A DNA stretch of 64,000 bases from Camelus dromedarius (taxonomy: Eukaryota): positions 115,694,001 through 115,758,000 of the forward strand of contig NC_087437.1 in assembly GCF_036321535.1 (NCBI RefSeq), in the 5' to 3' direction. This document shows, piece after piece, positions 22,899 through 36,478 of this stretch (position 1 is the stretch's first letter; the number at the start of each line of letters is the position of its first letter). A model generated the notes under the pieces. That model saw only the letters and a list, made by a program, of their open reading frames with translations, was not told the origin of the DNA and did no database searches. A program made the translations under genes and the position numbers.

Positions 22899-25800
22899 GT
22901 TCATGTGTATTTGTGTATATGTATATATATGTGTATGTGGGGAGCAGGGAGAGGGTTGTTGCATTTTTCAGTTAATGTGTTAGTTACAAAAGACTGGAAA
23001 CTACCACTGCATTGTGTAATGTTTAGAGGAAGCTTTTTTCTTTTAGAAAAGGGGGAAAAAACTCATATGAAGATACCAATAGAGAGGAACCACAGGAGAA
23101 CAGGCCACGTGTTTTGTTGATGCCTGTTGTAATAGAATCAGAAAATAAGATGGAAGTCAAGTCTTCCAGTGCAGGTGCTCAGGCTGCAGAACATTCTCAT
23201 TTATTCCCTCACACCCCATCCGAGCATGGTCAGCTGACCAGGTGAACTGCAGACTCTGGGATCTGGTCTGGCCCGACTTGCACAGTGCGGGCATGACTCA
23301 GAGATCTGCACACTAAGCTCCTCTCACAGGAAGCAGGCCATCTTCTTAAGCACCACCAAGTCCAGCGTTTCCCTGAGGCTGGTGTCCAGTAGGACTGCTG
23401 CGGAGTTGTTCCTGGTTAGCAGAGTTTATTCTGGCATGATTCCTGGGGCCAGACTGAATTTAAATCTGAAAGCTTCAGTGCTAAATTCCACTTTACTTTC
23501 ATACTAACGTCGAGGAATCTTTTCTCAGGTTCAAAGTGAGGTGGAAAATGGCAAGTTTGAGGAGAAATGGTATTTGGGGGACTTCGCATCCTGGGGGCAA
23601 ACGTGAACATCTCTGATATGAAATTAGGTTTTCTAAAAGAATTCGTAAGTAAATTTTAAAAATCGCCATTGTTTGTACGTGGGCTTATTATTGAAACACT
23701 ATCTAACTCTTTATTTTGTATTAATCTTAATCTTTTAGGCAGAGATTAATAAGATTGCTTTTCTTTGGACATCTGTTACATCAGATGATGTGAATTTAGT
23801 TTTGATTTTGGAATCTTTTTTTTTTTTTTTAAAGGCAAATGTGATTTGGTTGTGGGAATGTGTGTGTATGGGGATGATGGCTTAAAGAGTAGCTTTTTCG
23901 GAGCAGTTTGGCCACCTAAGTGCAGGCCATCCTAGGAAGAAGGGGTAGGGATATCTTATACCTGACATGCTGTGTGAGTACCTATTTGCCTGGGCACTGC
24001 CTCATGTCTCCTCAGTTTCCCTCAAGGCTATCTACAGCTGGAGCAGTCCTGGGGAGCCTCAGTCCCCTCGGGCCACTGCCAGTTTTCATCAAAGACTACA
24101 TGGAGTGGTCCATGCTGATAGGCTGATAGGCTGTGGGTTGCTATGTCAGCAGCCATGCGCATCCTGGATAACCACACACCACATAGGCACTAGGTTTTTC
24201 CCCGGTGCACAGTCTGTGCAGATGGTGGAATAGGAATGACCACTTTGCACTGACAGATATTTGGGTCATCATTTCAGAGTCCTGCACACATGTGAGGGTT
24301 CACTGCTGTCCTTGTGTGACTCTCATTTTAGATGCAGACTCATTGGTCTGAATAAAGATATTTAGGACTATCATTGGCAAACTGGCTAGCCTAATCACAT
24401 GAACAAGAAGATTTCCCTGGAAATGATCCACCTGTCTCTTCAGCACAAGACTTCATGGATCCTTTATTCAGTTATGGACTGATGTCATAATGCCCAACCA
24501 TCACTCGTGGGCTCTCAGTGTCTCATGTCTATTGGGCAGGAACCAAATATTCTACTTTTTCATCTCAGGAGGTCAGACTATGAACAGATTACATGCTCAG
24601 TTAAAACTGATGGTGGACAATGAAATGATAAGAAATAGGACTAGCCCCAGTGATAGGTTCTTGGCTGCTGCTTATGAATGGAATGAATGCTCAGAGGAAG
24701 GTACCAGGAAAGATGACTTTGGTGGTTATCCGGGGAGGAAATTCAGAAAGAGTTGCTGGGTAGAACGCTTGGTTGACAACTTGCAATGATGTGACAGCTG
24801 TGTGGGCACCTGGGGATAGCCTAAGTTGTATCTCCAAGTGTTGCCATCCAGAGGTGACACTTGCAAATCAAAAAAAGACCCTTGATGTTGCTGCCTCATT
24901 TGGTGGCTCTGTCACAGGAAAGGGACGGGATGTAAGATTTCTTGACTTGGGGCAGCATTTGTTTGGTTGTGGAGTGGATTTGAACAGATCAAGACCTCTT
25001 ACTTAAAAAGAGGGAACAGGGTCAGCTCATCTAGGGAGATGGCGGAAGTGGCCGATGAGCCAACCAAGTGTGTACTCAGCACTGTGATACCCAAAAGTGA
25101 GAATTTCCAGAAGTTGAAGAACTAGATATGTAAAGGGAAAAAGAGGCAGTGAGGTCATCACCATGGGAAATGAGAACTTTTTTGGACTTTCTTACACTTA
25201 CTCTATTTATGTGTTTGTGTTGTTTGATTTTGACTTACATGTGGGAGAAGCACCCCTGTGCATAGGGGGCTCCAAAGGTCTTACTTCAGGTCTTCTAGGG
25301 AGTGTCATCATCCCTCACCCAGATGGGTGCTCTCTGGGGTCCAGAGTGCTGGCCAAGAGAAGCTCAGAAGACACAGGGTTCCCAGCAGACACTTCTGGGG
25401 GGTCATTGTGTGGATGGGCAGAAACCAGCTGGAGGGAGAGGCTCACCCAGAGAGGTGGTGGCCACGACCAAGACTTCTGGACTACCCCAGGCTGAGCCAA
25501 GAGACGAGGGAGGGTATAGCTTATCCCCAGCCCCACAGACAGCCATGCTGAGGGATGATGCCAGGATGGCATCTGCTATGGGGGGATCTGAGAACAGTGT
25601 TCCTTCTCCTTGCCTGAGAATGCTGGCTAAAGACCCAGAGGTTCCAACCATGCGCAGCTGCTGGGAACCCAGCCCTTCGAGCTCCAGCTGACCCAGTTCT
25701 GCTAGTTGTGTTTCATGGTGATAGACCCAATACTGATCTATTCCATAAGGCATTCAGCTTGGACTGGGGTTTTAGTCGCCAAAGAGATCTGATCTTAGGC

Positions 25801-27624
25801 TCCTGGGATCTCATTCCTTTGGATGGTGATTTTATGTCTTCTATTAGAACTTTAGAAATGATGATGAATTACATGTGCATTTAACTAGTGCCTGTTGGTA
25901 GCAGACATTTACATTGCCTGAGAAAAGCAGCCCTTCCTATTCTTATAAAGATTGGCTGGTTGATGTCACAGTATTCATGATTCAGTGTTCATACAATGGG
26001 TGCGTAGCCTTAATCTTGAAATGGTTAATCACACTTTGTCAGTAGGAACATTTAGTTCTCTGGAACCAAGATCTGTTGCCTGGGTGGTCCCAATGCCCTA
26101 GCTGACTATAGAGCACATTAGGATTGATGCCTAGTGGGGTAGTGTCTAAAAATAACTTTATAAATACCACTTCTCACTGGTGATAAGTCTCAATCACTTA
26201 GTCCTGTTGACTACTTCAGTGAACTACTCTTTTGAGGGTTATTTTGTCCTCCTTTCCCCATGACTCTCCTATTTGAATTAGGTGGTTGCATGAAGCTTTC
26301 TTTCACCAAGGCAATGAGGCCAAGTACAAGTTTGACTCCTTGTAACATTTATTTCAGTTTTATGGTGTTGAACTTCGAGATTTTTTTCCCCTCCCACTTA
26401 GTTATTATGCTGTTCCAGGCAGTTGCAGGGTCTCGAGCTTTTTGCGTGATCGCAGATACCATCACCTGCTTAGTTTCAGACACAGGACCAAATCCATCTC
26501 ACTTTCCATCATTTATCTGTCAGCAATACAACATCACAATGATTTATTACAAAATTTTTTCTTTCCCACCTAATTTCCAAGAAAGCACTCATAAGAGAAC
26601 CTGATATATTTTGGAATAGAACTAAAGAGATTAAAAAAAAAAACCTAGCTTGGCTGACCTATGTCTGGTTTTGGAAATGCTTCCTTAGAATACAAGTGAG
26701 TTCAGCTTAGTGATCTAAAGAATGTCATTGATTTATCTCAAAATTCCATTGTCTGGATTCCTTCCATCCAATATTTCTGTAATTACCAGCCTTTATTTTG
26801 TGCTTCAGACTCAGAAAGCAGCAAACAACCCAACAACCCTTCACTACGCCTCTGTTTCTCTCTGAACTCTTTTCAAAGAACCTGTTTGTTTTCTAAGAGA
26901 AGCATTTCATTTTTACTTGCATGTTAAACTTTTAGCTGAATAGCTACAGGGAGCCAGCTCTAGTACAATTAAACAAGAGTGGTGGTTCGAAGTTCTTCTT
27001 ACCACGTTGATTAATTGTGGGCTAGAGGAAACTTACAAAGGAAGATGGAGAGACAGCTCAGCAGTCTGGTTAGTTCTGCTCCAGGAGAGCATTAGAGAGA
27101 AGGCTTGTAGGGGAGGGGAAGTTGGTTGGATGTGAGGTACCCACTGCAAATCCAGTTCCCCCCACTCAGCAGAGACTCATGGCCCAACTATCTACATATT
27201 TAAGTGCCTTTGTGTACTTGGGAAGCAATAGCTCAATCCTGGGACTGAGAATTCCTGTTTCTTTATCGTTCATCAGTGAGTAGTTTTACCACATCACTTT
27301 CTGAGCTGCCACTGAATCCTGCCTGGCTGTTTACTCTATTTACCATCCTTGGGGGAATGGTTATGAAAAGGAAGGAGTTTTTTTTCTGAGACTCAACACA
27401 AAGTCCTGTGAAGCAGCTGTCTCTCTTACCCGCCCCCCTCCCTCCCAAAAGAGTTATTTTTCCTTGAACAAACCTATGAGCAATACTGGAAATAGATTTA
27501 TACTGGAAAATAGATTTATACTGGAAAAGAACCTCATTACTCTAAGTTGTCCAAGGATCTCTTAACAGTATAGCACAATATGTGAAAGTAATTAGTGGTA
27601 CTAATAGTATTTAATAGTACAGTA

Positions 27625-27949
27625 CTGGGGTTGGCAAACTTTTCCTGGAAAGGGTCAGAGAGTAATACTTTAGTCATCTGGCTGTGTGGCCTCTGTTTTA
27701 ATTAACTCACCTCTGCTGTATATTGTGAAAGCAGTCATAAGCAATCCATAAACCAATATCAATAAAACTTTATTTATGAACACTGAAATTTGAATTTTAT
27801 ATGATTTTTGCATGTCACAAAATATTCTTCTCTTATTTTTTTTTTCTTCCCCCAACCATTTAAAAATGTAAAATCATTCGTAGCTCACAAGGGGTGCAAG
27901 AACAGGCAGTGGGCCAGATTCTGTGAGCAGATTTGGTTTTCCGACCCTT
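27625..27949. mobile_element. MER58B-like hAT-Charlie non-autonomous element
   Basis: Imperfect terminal inverted repeats ctggggttggcaaac / gttttccgacccttt; internal caataaaactttatttatgaacactgaaatttg. Confidence 0.8.
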
Positions 27950-27984
27950 TTTATAGTAAAAAGAGCCCATGGTTTAAGCCCCAG

Positions 27985-28150
27985 TACCTGGATTTGAGAC
28001 CAGGATCTGTGACTGACTGGCCTTGGAGCCTTGGAGAAATTACTCAGTTTGCCCAAACCCTAGTTTTCCGTCTGTAAAGTGTAAATTATAGTACAAAGCT
28101 CTCATGGTGGATTAGAATTAATGAGATAATTTGTGCAAGCGCTCTGGATG
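27985..28150 (+). mobile_element. MIR SINE
   Basis: ccttggagaaattactcagtttgcccaaaccctagttttccgtctgtaaagtg...gaattaatgagataat. Confidence 0.6.
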
Positions 28151-30982
28151 CTCCAAAACACCACACGATGTGGGGTGTGATATCGATTTGTTATTATTGT
28201 ACATACTGTGCTTTGTCCAAATCAAATAGTAGCTTAACAGAATTTTGACTTCTAGATAAGACACTCTGCATCAGATACTCTTCAAGATGTTAAGGGCAGA
28301 TATATATTAGGAAGAAGTATGGTTTTACTCAATTTTAAACTGAAGGATAACCTTATCTTAAACACAAGTTGGCCATAAAGTCTAGAAGCAAGATATTATT
28401 ATTTTACTATATTATACTGCAATATCAATGAATCATCTATTGCATATATGTTGCCTTTATTTTTGACTTTATAGCCATCCTTTGAAAGGAAATCACAAAA
28501 GATAATGTTTACCAGCTATGTAGGGCATTTAATTTTCAACTACCTTATGACTCTCTGAATCACACAGAGTATTATCCAAGTCAAGGAAAGAAAGGCTCAA
28601 AACTAGTCAGACTATTGACAAGCTGTTTTGGAAATGACTATGAATATCTTAATTTTTTAAATCTTGAATCATTTAGCTAATCAAATGACTCCACAGTCTT
28701 TTGGTGAGTTCAGGTAGTTTTCTAATGGAATTTTTATAGTCTCTTTCTCTGTCCACCAGCTCCCAACTTTATAAACAGTTTCTGAACACCCCAAAGACCC
28801 TGGCTTTAATCTAAATAAAAAAGCAAAGGGGATAAAGTAAGACACCTGAAATGTAAGAAAACATAGGAGGGAAAACATAAGAATATTGCTTAGAGACTTC
28901 AAAACTTAGGCTTTTGAAAGAAGTCATGAATAATTTTTTAATTAGAATATCATGAGAAAGAGACATTTCAGAGCCCTAGTTTGGTTAAACTGGCAAGAGA
29001 ACATTGTGCTTAAGAAATAGATTGACATTTTTAGAGACAGTAGCTCGATTTCTGTTAGGGAACATAAAATACTGAACTAAATAAATGGATCCAGAACCGG
29101 AGAACCAGGGAAAGAGAAAAAGAGAGAGGGACAGATAGAGGAAGGGAGTGGGGGAAGAGAGATTTCCTTCTTGTGGACATAAAGTGTCTACCTACTGGAC
29201 CAGCCAGGCTGGAACGCCATATTTTGAAGGGATGGAAAAGCAATGACCAGACGTTACAGTGATTGCAAGTGTGTTAATCCAAAAGGGTATAGTTTGCTCG
29301 GGGGACAGCCCAAAACAAACAACGTCGTTAGTTACATAACGCTGCCTTATAAATGAATAGGTGCTCTTCCAGTTGGAAAGCATGTTGGGGTGGGTGGCAA
29401 TGAGAATCTGAGGGTCTTAGCAGCCCTTGGGGAGGTCATGTTCCCAGCTGAGTCTGCCCTTTTCTTCAGATTGGGGTCAACTGTGGCAAACTGTAACCCT
29501 TTAGTCCCAAGTTCTTATCTGGCTAATGGATACCATGATGCTTTTATGGGAAAGGGACTTAAATACACCAACCAACAGACCAAAATACCAGGTTGAGAGT
29601 GGTCCTCATTCATTATGAGTACTGATGCATTAAAATAGGCTTATTTATTTCTATAGCACTTGATTTGCTAGCAAAGTGAGTGGAGATGGAACAGAGACTG
29701 GATATGGTGGAGTAGAATGGGCAGAAATTTTAAGGTCATCTTTGCTGGACTGTCTTAATGAAAAACACCATTCAACACTTGCTACTTAGAAAAATTCAGT
29801 CTTGATGAGGTTCTTTCAGTTCCAAATTTTAACAGTTGACACAAAATACACTGTTAAACTGTTATCAATAATTGTAGAAAAATAGACATGTTTGATAGGG
29901 ACATTCTAATAAAAGGTTCTTTTGGAGCATCCTCACTTAAAGGTTCAGAGGCTCCCATTACAAAAATGAGATTTGGTTTCATATTCTTTCTCCAACTACA
30001 TTGATACCAAAAACAGGGAGAAACAGGGAGAGACCTCATACCCAGGCGCCCTGTCACAGACACAGGACTGACGCGTGTGCGTGACCCGAGGGCTGCCAGG
30101 GCTCTTCGTGCGGTCGTGCTGAAGGGCCCCAAGCTGCGCGCCCTTTAAGCCTTAGCAATGGATTCAAAAGGCCCACTGAGTCTTCAAGAGCTAAATTAGC
30201 AGACTGTTTGCAGCCCCAGCTGATCTTGCTTTGTGCTACCACGCCTCGCCCTGCAACTCTGGTGATGGTCCAGGGTTAGCGCCCCCAAGGCAAGAGCACC
30301 CTTCATAAGGCTACAGTGAGAGGTAAGGCCACAGTACCTCCCCACAGCCTGCAGGAAGTGCATGGGGCGCCCTCCTCCTCCTCCTCAACTACAACCTCCT
30401 CTGTAGAGTGAGTGGGATGAATAAATGATTCAACAGATATTCAATGGGAAAATGAAATGTTGGCAAACAGGGAAGAGCTATGGTGAACAGTTTTGCTTTC
30501 CATAAGGTCAGTGCCAAGAAGCGGTTGTCTTGATGCAAGGTGTCAGAAGTGGGAGAAGAGAGACCCCCATGTCAGACTGAGGAGCCACTTTCCTTATCTC
30601 TGGGACATGTGTTTCAGTAGACAGGGTCCCCGAACTACAGTGAAGGCCTGTGCTATCTGGTCAGGGAAGGCAAGGGCGACAAGGAGGGACAGCTAGTTTG
30701 AGACCTTTGACCTGCATGGTGCAGAGCCTCAAACTGAGCACAGCTGTAGGAGCTGAAAATGAACTTGCATCCAGTCAATGAATATTTATGACGGTCAATT
30801 GTGTTAGGGAACATACAGTTTATAAATGCAAAATTAATGTGAAAGATCTGTTTCAGTGCAAAATCTCCACCTGCCCTTGAGGTTTTGTCTAAGATTCTCT
30901 TCCTTTTTTTATTTTTCCATTTGAACATTTTTTTTTCATTTTGAAAATTAGATTCTCAGAACACAATATGGTTCCTTCCATT

Positions 30983-31366
<384 letters not shown>

Positions 31367-32288
31367 ATAGATTACAATGAATTAAGACTAGTTTTTTAAA
31401 AATTTTCTTTGATTGGGAGTTACCTTGGATTTGATTTCTAACCTCTGGCATACTCTAGAGAGATTTCTTAGACAGTCGCCAAAATTGTTGATCTAATCTT
31501 TGAATGTTGAACTGTGGTAATTTCATTAAAAAAAAGCACCCATGCAAGAAATGCTGATGGGTAAGCCCCCAGCCACAGGAAGAGTGCCAGATGGAGTCAA
31601 AGTGTGTGAGATCAGTGATTACAAGATACTTTACCGACTTCTTGCATCATGAATTTCTTGACTTTAGACCCAAACCATCTTCTACTAACTTAATCATGTC
31701 TCATTTTTTAATAGTCTGTCGTTTCTTGTGATGGTAGAGTGGAACAGCTGGAGAATCAATGGTTTTACAGAAGAAAAGTTTCTCAAACTGTTGTGCTACA
31801 AAGGGTAAGAGCTCACTTGAAAAGCATGAACACATGACTGGTGATGTGCCAGAGCGTGGCCTCCTCCTGGAATTCTCCCCCAGGCTAGTCGGCGAGGTCC
31901 TTGATGTCTTAAAAAAGAGACCTCAGTTTTGTAAACATTTCACAGTAAATCAGTATATTGGTGGTGGGTGTTGCCATCTCCTGGACCTCCAAACTTCCCC
32001 CAGACCTATGGCTTATTAGATTCAACGAAAGGTTTAGCAAGGGAACAGAGGTACCCAAACGGCTGCCAGTCTGGGACACAGAACAAAGGCCATGCACTAA
32101 AGGGCCAGAGGTCAGTGGGACCAAAGAAATCCAGAAAACAGAGACATCGGAACAGAAATGCCTACTGTACTTTGGGAATCTTTTTTTTTGTCTCATTTCT
32201 AAAGTTATGTATCTAAACCTACATTAATTATACACCTATGTACATCATTTAGAAGTTGTGTTCTGCAGTACCTTTGTACATGCTGGGT

Positions 32289-32294
32289 TTTATT
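32289..32294 (-). terminator. Candidate proximal poly(A) signal AATAAA
   Basis: Plus-strand TTTATT about 545 nt after the stop, with several minus-strand TGTA motifs nearby. Confidence 0.45.
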
Positions 32295-32838
32295 ACTAAC
32301 TGCAAAGGAAAATAATTACATAAGGCGTATATATGTACAGGGTTTTGTCTCCGCCTCACCTGGGTCCTGTGACTGCGATGCCCGCATGGGGCAAGCACCT
32401 CGCCCCGCAGATGAAACTTATTGAGATGTATAAAACTGAGGGCTGTACCCCGTGTCTCCCTGCATGAGTGAGTAGGCACCAGAGACCCTCCTGATCCTGT
32501 CCCAGGTGACATCTTTGCCGCGCTCGCTTGAGTGCTCTGGTTTTGTGCGACACATGCAGGTAAGTACTTAAATCTCCAGGAGTTGGATGTGTCGTATTTA
32601 GGGAGAAGACCTGGGCCATAAATGAGGGCGCATGACAACCTAACCCAATCCGCGTCTGCCTTGTCAACCCGAATAACTGAGAGAGGGCAGGTAGATATTT
32701 TACACCTTGAAGATTTGTTTTCTGGTAATGCCAAACTTAAATACAAAGGAAGAACAAAGTAGGAGAGACAGAAAAGAAAGAGAATGAGAGACGAGGGAAG
32801 GATGCGGGGGAGAGGAGAGGGGTTGCCCAGCCAGGGGA

Positions 32839-33186
<348 letters not shown>

Positions 33187-33285
33187 TTAGTGAGTGTGCG
33201 CGTGGGCTTTGCGTCGCTAAGGGACTTGGTGAGCCAGGCGGGGCTGCTGCATGCAGCTGTTGAGACTGTGACCCGCGTAGGGTGC

Positions 33286-33783
33286 TGTAACTGGGAGGAA
33301 CAGCTCCTCCTCCATATTGGATCTGTTTCTTCTATTTTAACCTTTGTATTCTGTTGCTTTGGCTTCGAGATAAGAATGTTGCCTATGGTCTGAAATACAC
33401 AGGATATCCCATTCTCGAGGTTCTGACCTTTAAAAGTATAGCACTTTTCCATTTATATAGAGATTAAAAAGTTGCAGAACAGAGAATAACATTTGTCTTG
33501 TTGGAGGTTTACAGGGACGTCATGACCTACCTACATGGACAGCTGCAAGAACAAAGGATTCTGACACTAAGATGTTTGTAACAACCAACCATACCCCCTC
33601 CCTTTTTAGCATAGAAGAAGCCTGAATTCTAACTTGGGGAAGATGGTTCTTTGGGACACTAGTCCATCATCTTCTCGATCTGCTGACTTTCTGAATGAAG
33701 TCTCTGTTCCTTGCCCCAACAACTCACCTCTTGACTTATGGACCTGTTGTGCAGTGCACAGTACAAGCTTGGACTCGGTAATA
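33286..33783 (+). mobile_element. ERV1-type solo LTR, copy 1
   Basis: TGTAA...GGTAATA termini; 4-bp target duplication GTGC (33282-33285 and 33784-33787); homologous to 48771-49289 and 63250-63769. Confidence 0.9.
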
Positions 33784-35559
33784 GTGCCATAACTAAGGCG
33801 GTGCCTTTCTTATTGTAGACACAGGGGTTCATGCCTGTGGTGGATTCCAGGCTTCCCACTAGAGTCCCAGGGAGCAGCATGAGAGTTTTGGCTCACAGCA
33901 GGCAACACTTGCCCTCAGGGTCATGCACACACACACACACACACATGCACACCAGTGCACACTCACGTGATTCTGCTTGTCTACTTTTACTCCAGGATCC
34001 CTCTGAGGTCATGACTCTGATCTCACACTGCTTTTAAAGGCTGTGCCTGAGTCCTACTGGGACTTGAATGCTCTAGCCAAAGACTTAGAATGAAATTTGG
34101 TTTATGAACTACACCTATATGTCTTTAAGCTGAATTAGTGTTAACTCCAACCCCCAATGCCATGACACACAGGGCATGACTGTGGTCCCCAAATGAGGTT
34201 GGAAGGGATGCCCACCTGAGTTTGTACTTTCCCCAGGACCAGTGGAGATGGTTGTTCAGACTGAGCAATAATGTAATCCTTTAAATTCACACCATACCCC
34301 ACCTGCCTGCACTGTGCCCCCGGCTCCCCTCCCCGCCTTCCTGCTTAAAGACAAGAAGCCTTTTTCTAACATGCACAGAAATGCCATATGAGCTACTGGC
34401 AGCCCAGGAGTCAGGAGTAGCTTCCTTTTAAACATGAAAAAGGAGAACAAGGGACATTCCACCCATCTCCTTAGCAAAGAAAACCAGGCAGCAGGCTTGG
34501 TATAAAATATGGGGAATGTCATTGGTGCGTTTTTTTCTGAGGTTGAAGACTTCTCTTGTGAAACTTCTCAGGAAATGGAAACATCCATCCAGCCGTTCCT
34601 GCGGGGCTGATTTTTCCATTAGCTCAGTGGACCCAGTGCTGAGTGCCCACAGTGCTTTTAGAGGCCTGTGAAAATTATTATTTTCCTTTAAAATCAGGAG
34701 GAAAAAAAAGAACTTTTAGGTAGAAGAAAATACTAGTATATTCATTTTTATATAAAGTATAGTATATGCTTTATACATAGTATATAATTATATAAAAACA
34801 TAATTAAGTTGTTTAATGGAATAAAGGGTCCACAAAAGTAAAAGTAACTAGAACTCACGATAGCCATACTGCAACCCTGCGTTCATTCATCCAGGAAAAG
34901 GCCAGCCAGCCAGTCAGTATATTATCCGTCTGGACAGCCAATAAGATCTACATGCTGAATGCAGGTGGGGTGAGGAGGGGTCTCACACAGAAGGGCTCAG
35001 GTCTCCAAAGCGTTCCCACAGCACTGTGCTTGCTCTCGTGGCTAGAACAAGAACCTGGGGTGCCGGGGATGTAGTGACTGACCCAGCTCCAGCTGGTAGA
35101 ACCTGAGCCAGCACAGCCATCGTCCAGCCCTCCGCACTTCCTCTGAACCCCCAAAGCGGAACGCTACCCTTCTTCAGGATTTCCCTGGCTGACACAATTA
35201 TTTGATTCTCCCTGCCCCCATACCTCAAAAACAAGTATTGCAGGCCTACTGAGCATTGCGAAGCAAAGAGCAACAGCATATTGCTTTTATTTCTCAAAAA
35301 ATGCTTCTCTTTTGAGTTACCAACTCTTTACCTATTTGGGAGTGATGGGGGGAGACAGTTGATGGCAGGGATACATGGCCTCAGAATGAGGCACAAGCAG
35401 GAAGTCAAAAGGAAACGGTGATAAAATAACTTTATAGCTATGTTTTCCCCAAAAGGAGGTATGTGTTTATTGTAACGTGACTAGAAAACAGGCAATAATA
35501 AAATAAAATCCACCTAGATTTTCATTTCTGGCTGTGCAACTAACCAAATGGAGCTAAAA

Positions 35560-36112
35560 ATTAAAAATACAGTTATTGAAATTAAAATCTACATGGAGGT
35601 TTAAGATCCAGTTGGAATTGGCCGGAGAGAGAATTAGAAACTTGGGATACAGGTGTGAAGAAACAACACAGGATGCGGCCAAGAGAATGTGACTGGCGGG
35701 GATGGAGAAAGGACCTGCGGAAACTGCCTCCTCCGTGAAAGCAATGAGAACACCGGTGGCGATGGACGAAGCAGACTCCTTCAGAGCTCTGTAAATGAAC
35801 TCTGGGAGTGTCTGCTTAAGACAAATGGCTGAATTTCAGGAAGAACCCTGAGCTTTGTGGAGTTTTAACCTTCCCCCTGCTCAGCTTTATGTTAGCCTTG
35901 AAAAGCCACAGCCTGCAGTTGTGGTGCAGAGGAGCAGCCTAGCAACAGCTGGAGGGGCCAGAACAGGACTGGAGCTCTCAAAGCCTCCTGCTCAGAATTA
36001 TCATCATTGAAGTGTCTAGTAGTTCCCTAGAAAACCCGGTTTACAAGGCTTGTCTCTTCACGGAGCTTGCCCAGTGTGAATATCCTGTTCCTTTGGGTCA
36101 TTTGTCAAAAAC
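35560..36112 (+). mobile_element. Old L1 ORF1/5' fragments
   Basis: gttattgaaattaaaatctacatggagg...gagagaattagaaacttggg and aaatggctgaatttcagg...gctttgtggagttttaac resemble L1M ORF1 and 5' ends. Confidence 0.5.
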
Positions 36113-36114
36113 AA

Positions 36115-36478
36115 CCAGTGGCTGAATTGTGTGTGCCCCCTCCCCCAAATTCATAGGCTGTTCTAAGCCCCGGTACCTCAGGCTGTGACTGCATTTGGAG
36201 AGAGGGTCTCTAAAGAGGTAATTAAGTTAAAATGAGGTCTTTAGAGTGGGTCCTAATCCAGTATGACTGGTGCCATTATAAGAAAAGGAGATTAGTTATA
36301 CAGGTGCACACAGAGGAAAGGCCATGTGAAGACACAGGGAGAAGACGGCCACTTACACACCAAGGGGAGAGCAGCCAACCCTGCCAACACCTTGACCTTG
36401 AACTCCAGAATTACGAGACAGTAAATTCCTGTTGTTTAAGCCTGTTGGTACTTTGTTATGGGAGCCTATTGAATTCCA
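36115..36478 (+). mobile_element. MaLR solo LTR (MLT1-like)
   Basis: ggctgaattgtgtg...taaagaggtaattaagttaaaatgagg...cctaatccagtatgactggtg...tgttgtttaagcc...ggtactttgttatgg. Confidence 0.85.

Noticed and set aside
24400..26100. Possible ancient LTR/Gypsy-like remnant in the putative UTR
   Set aside because: Impression only; no termini, target duplication or protein motif could be identified.
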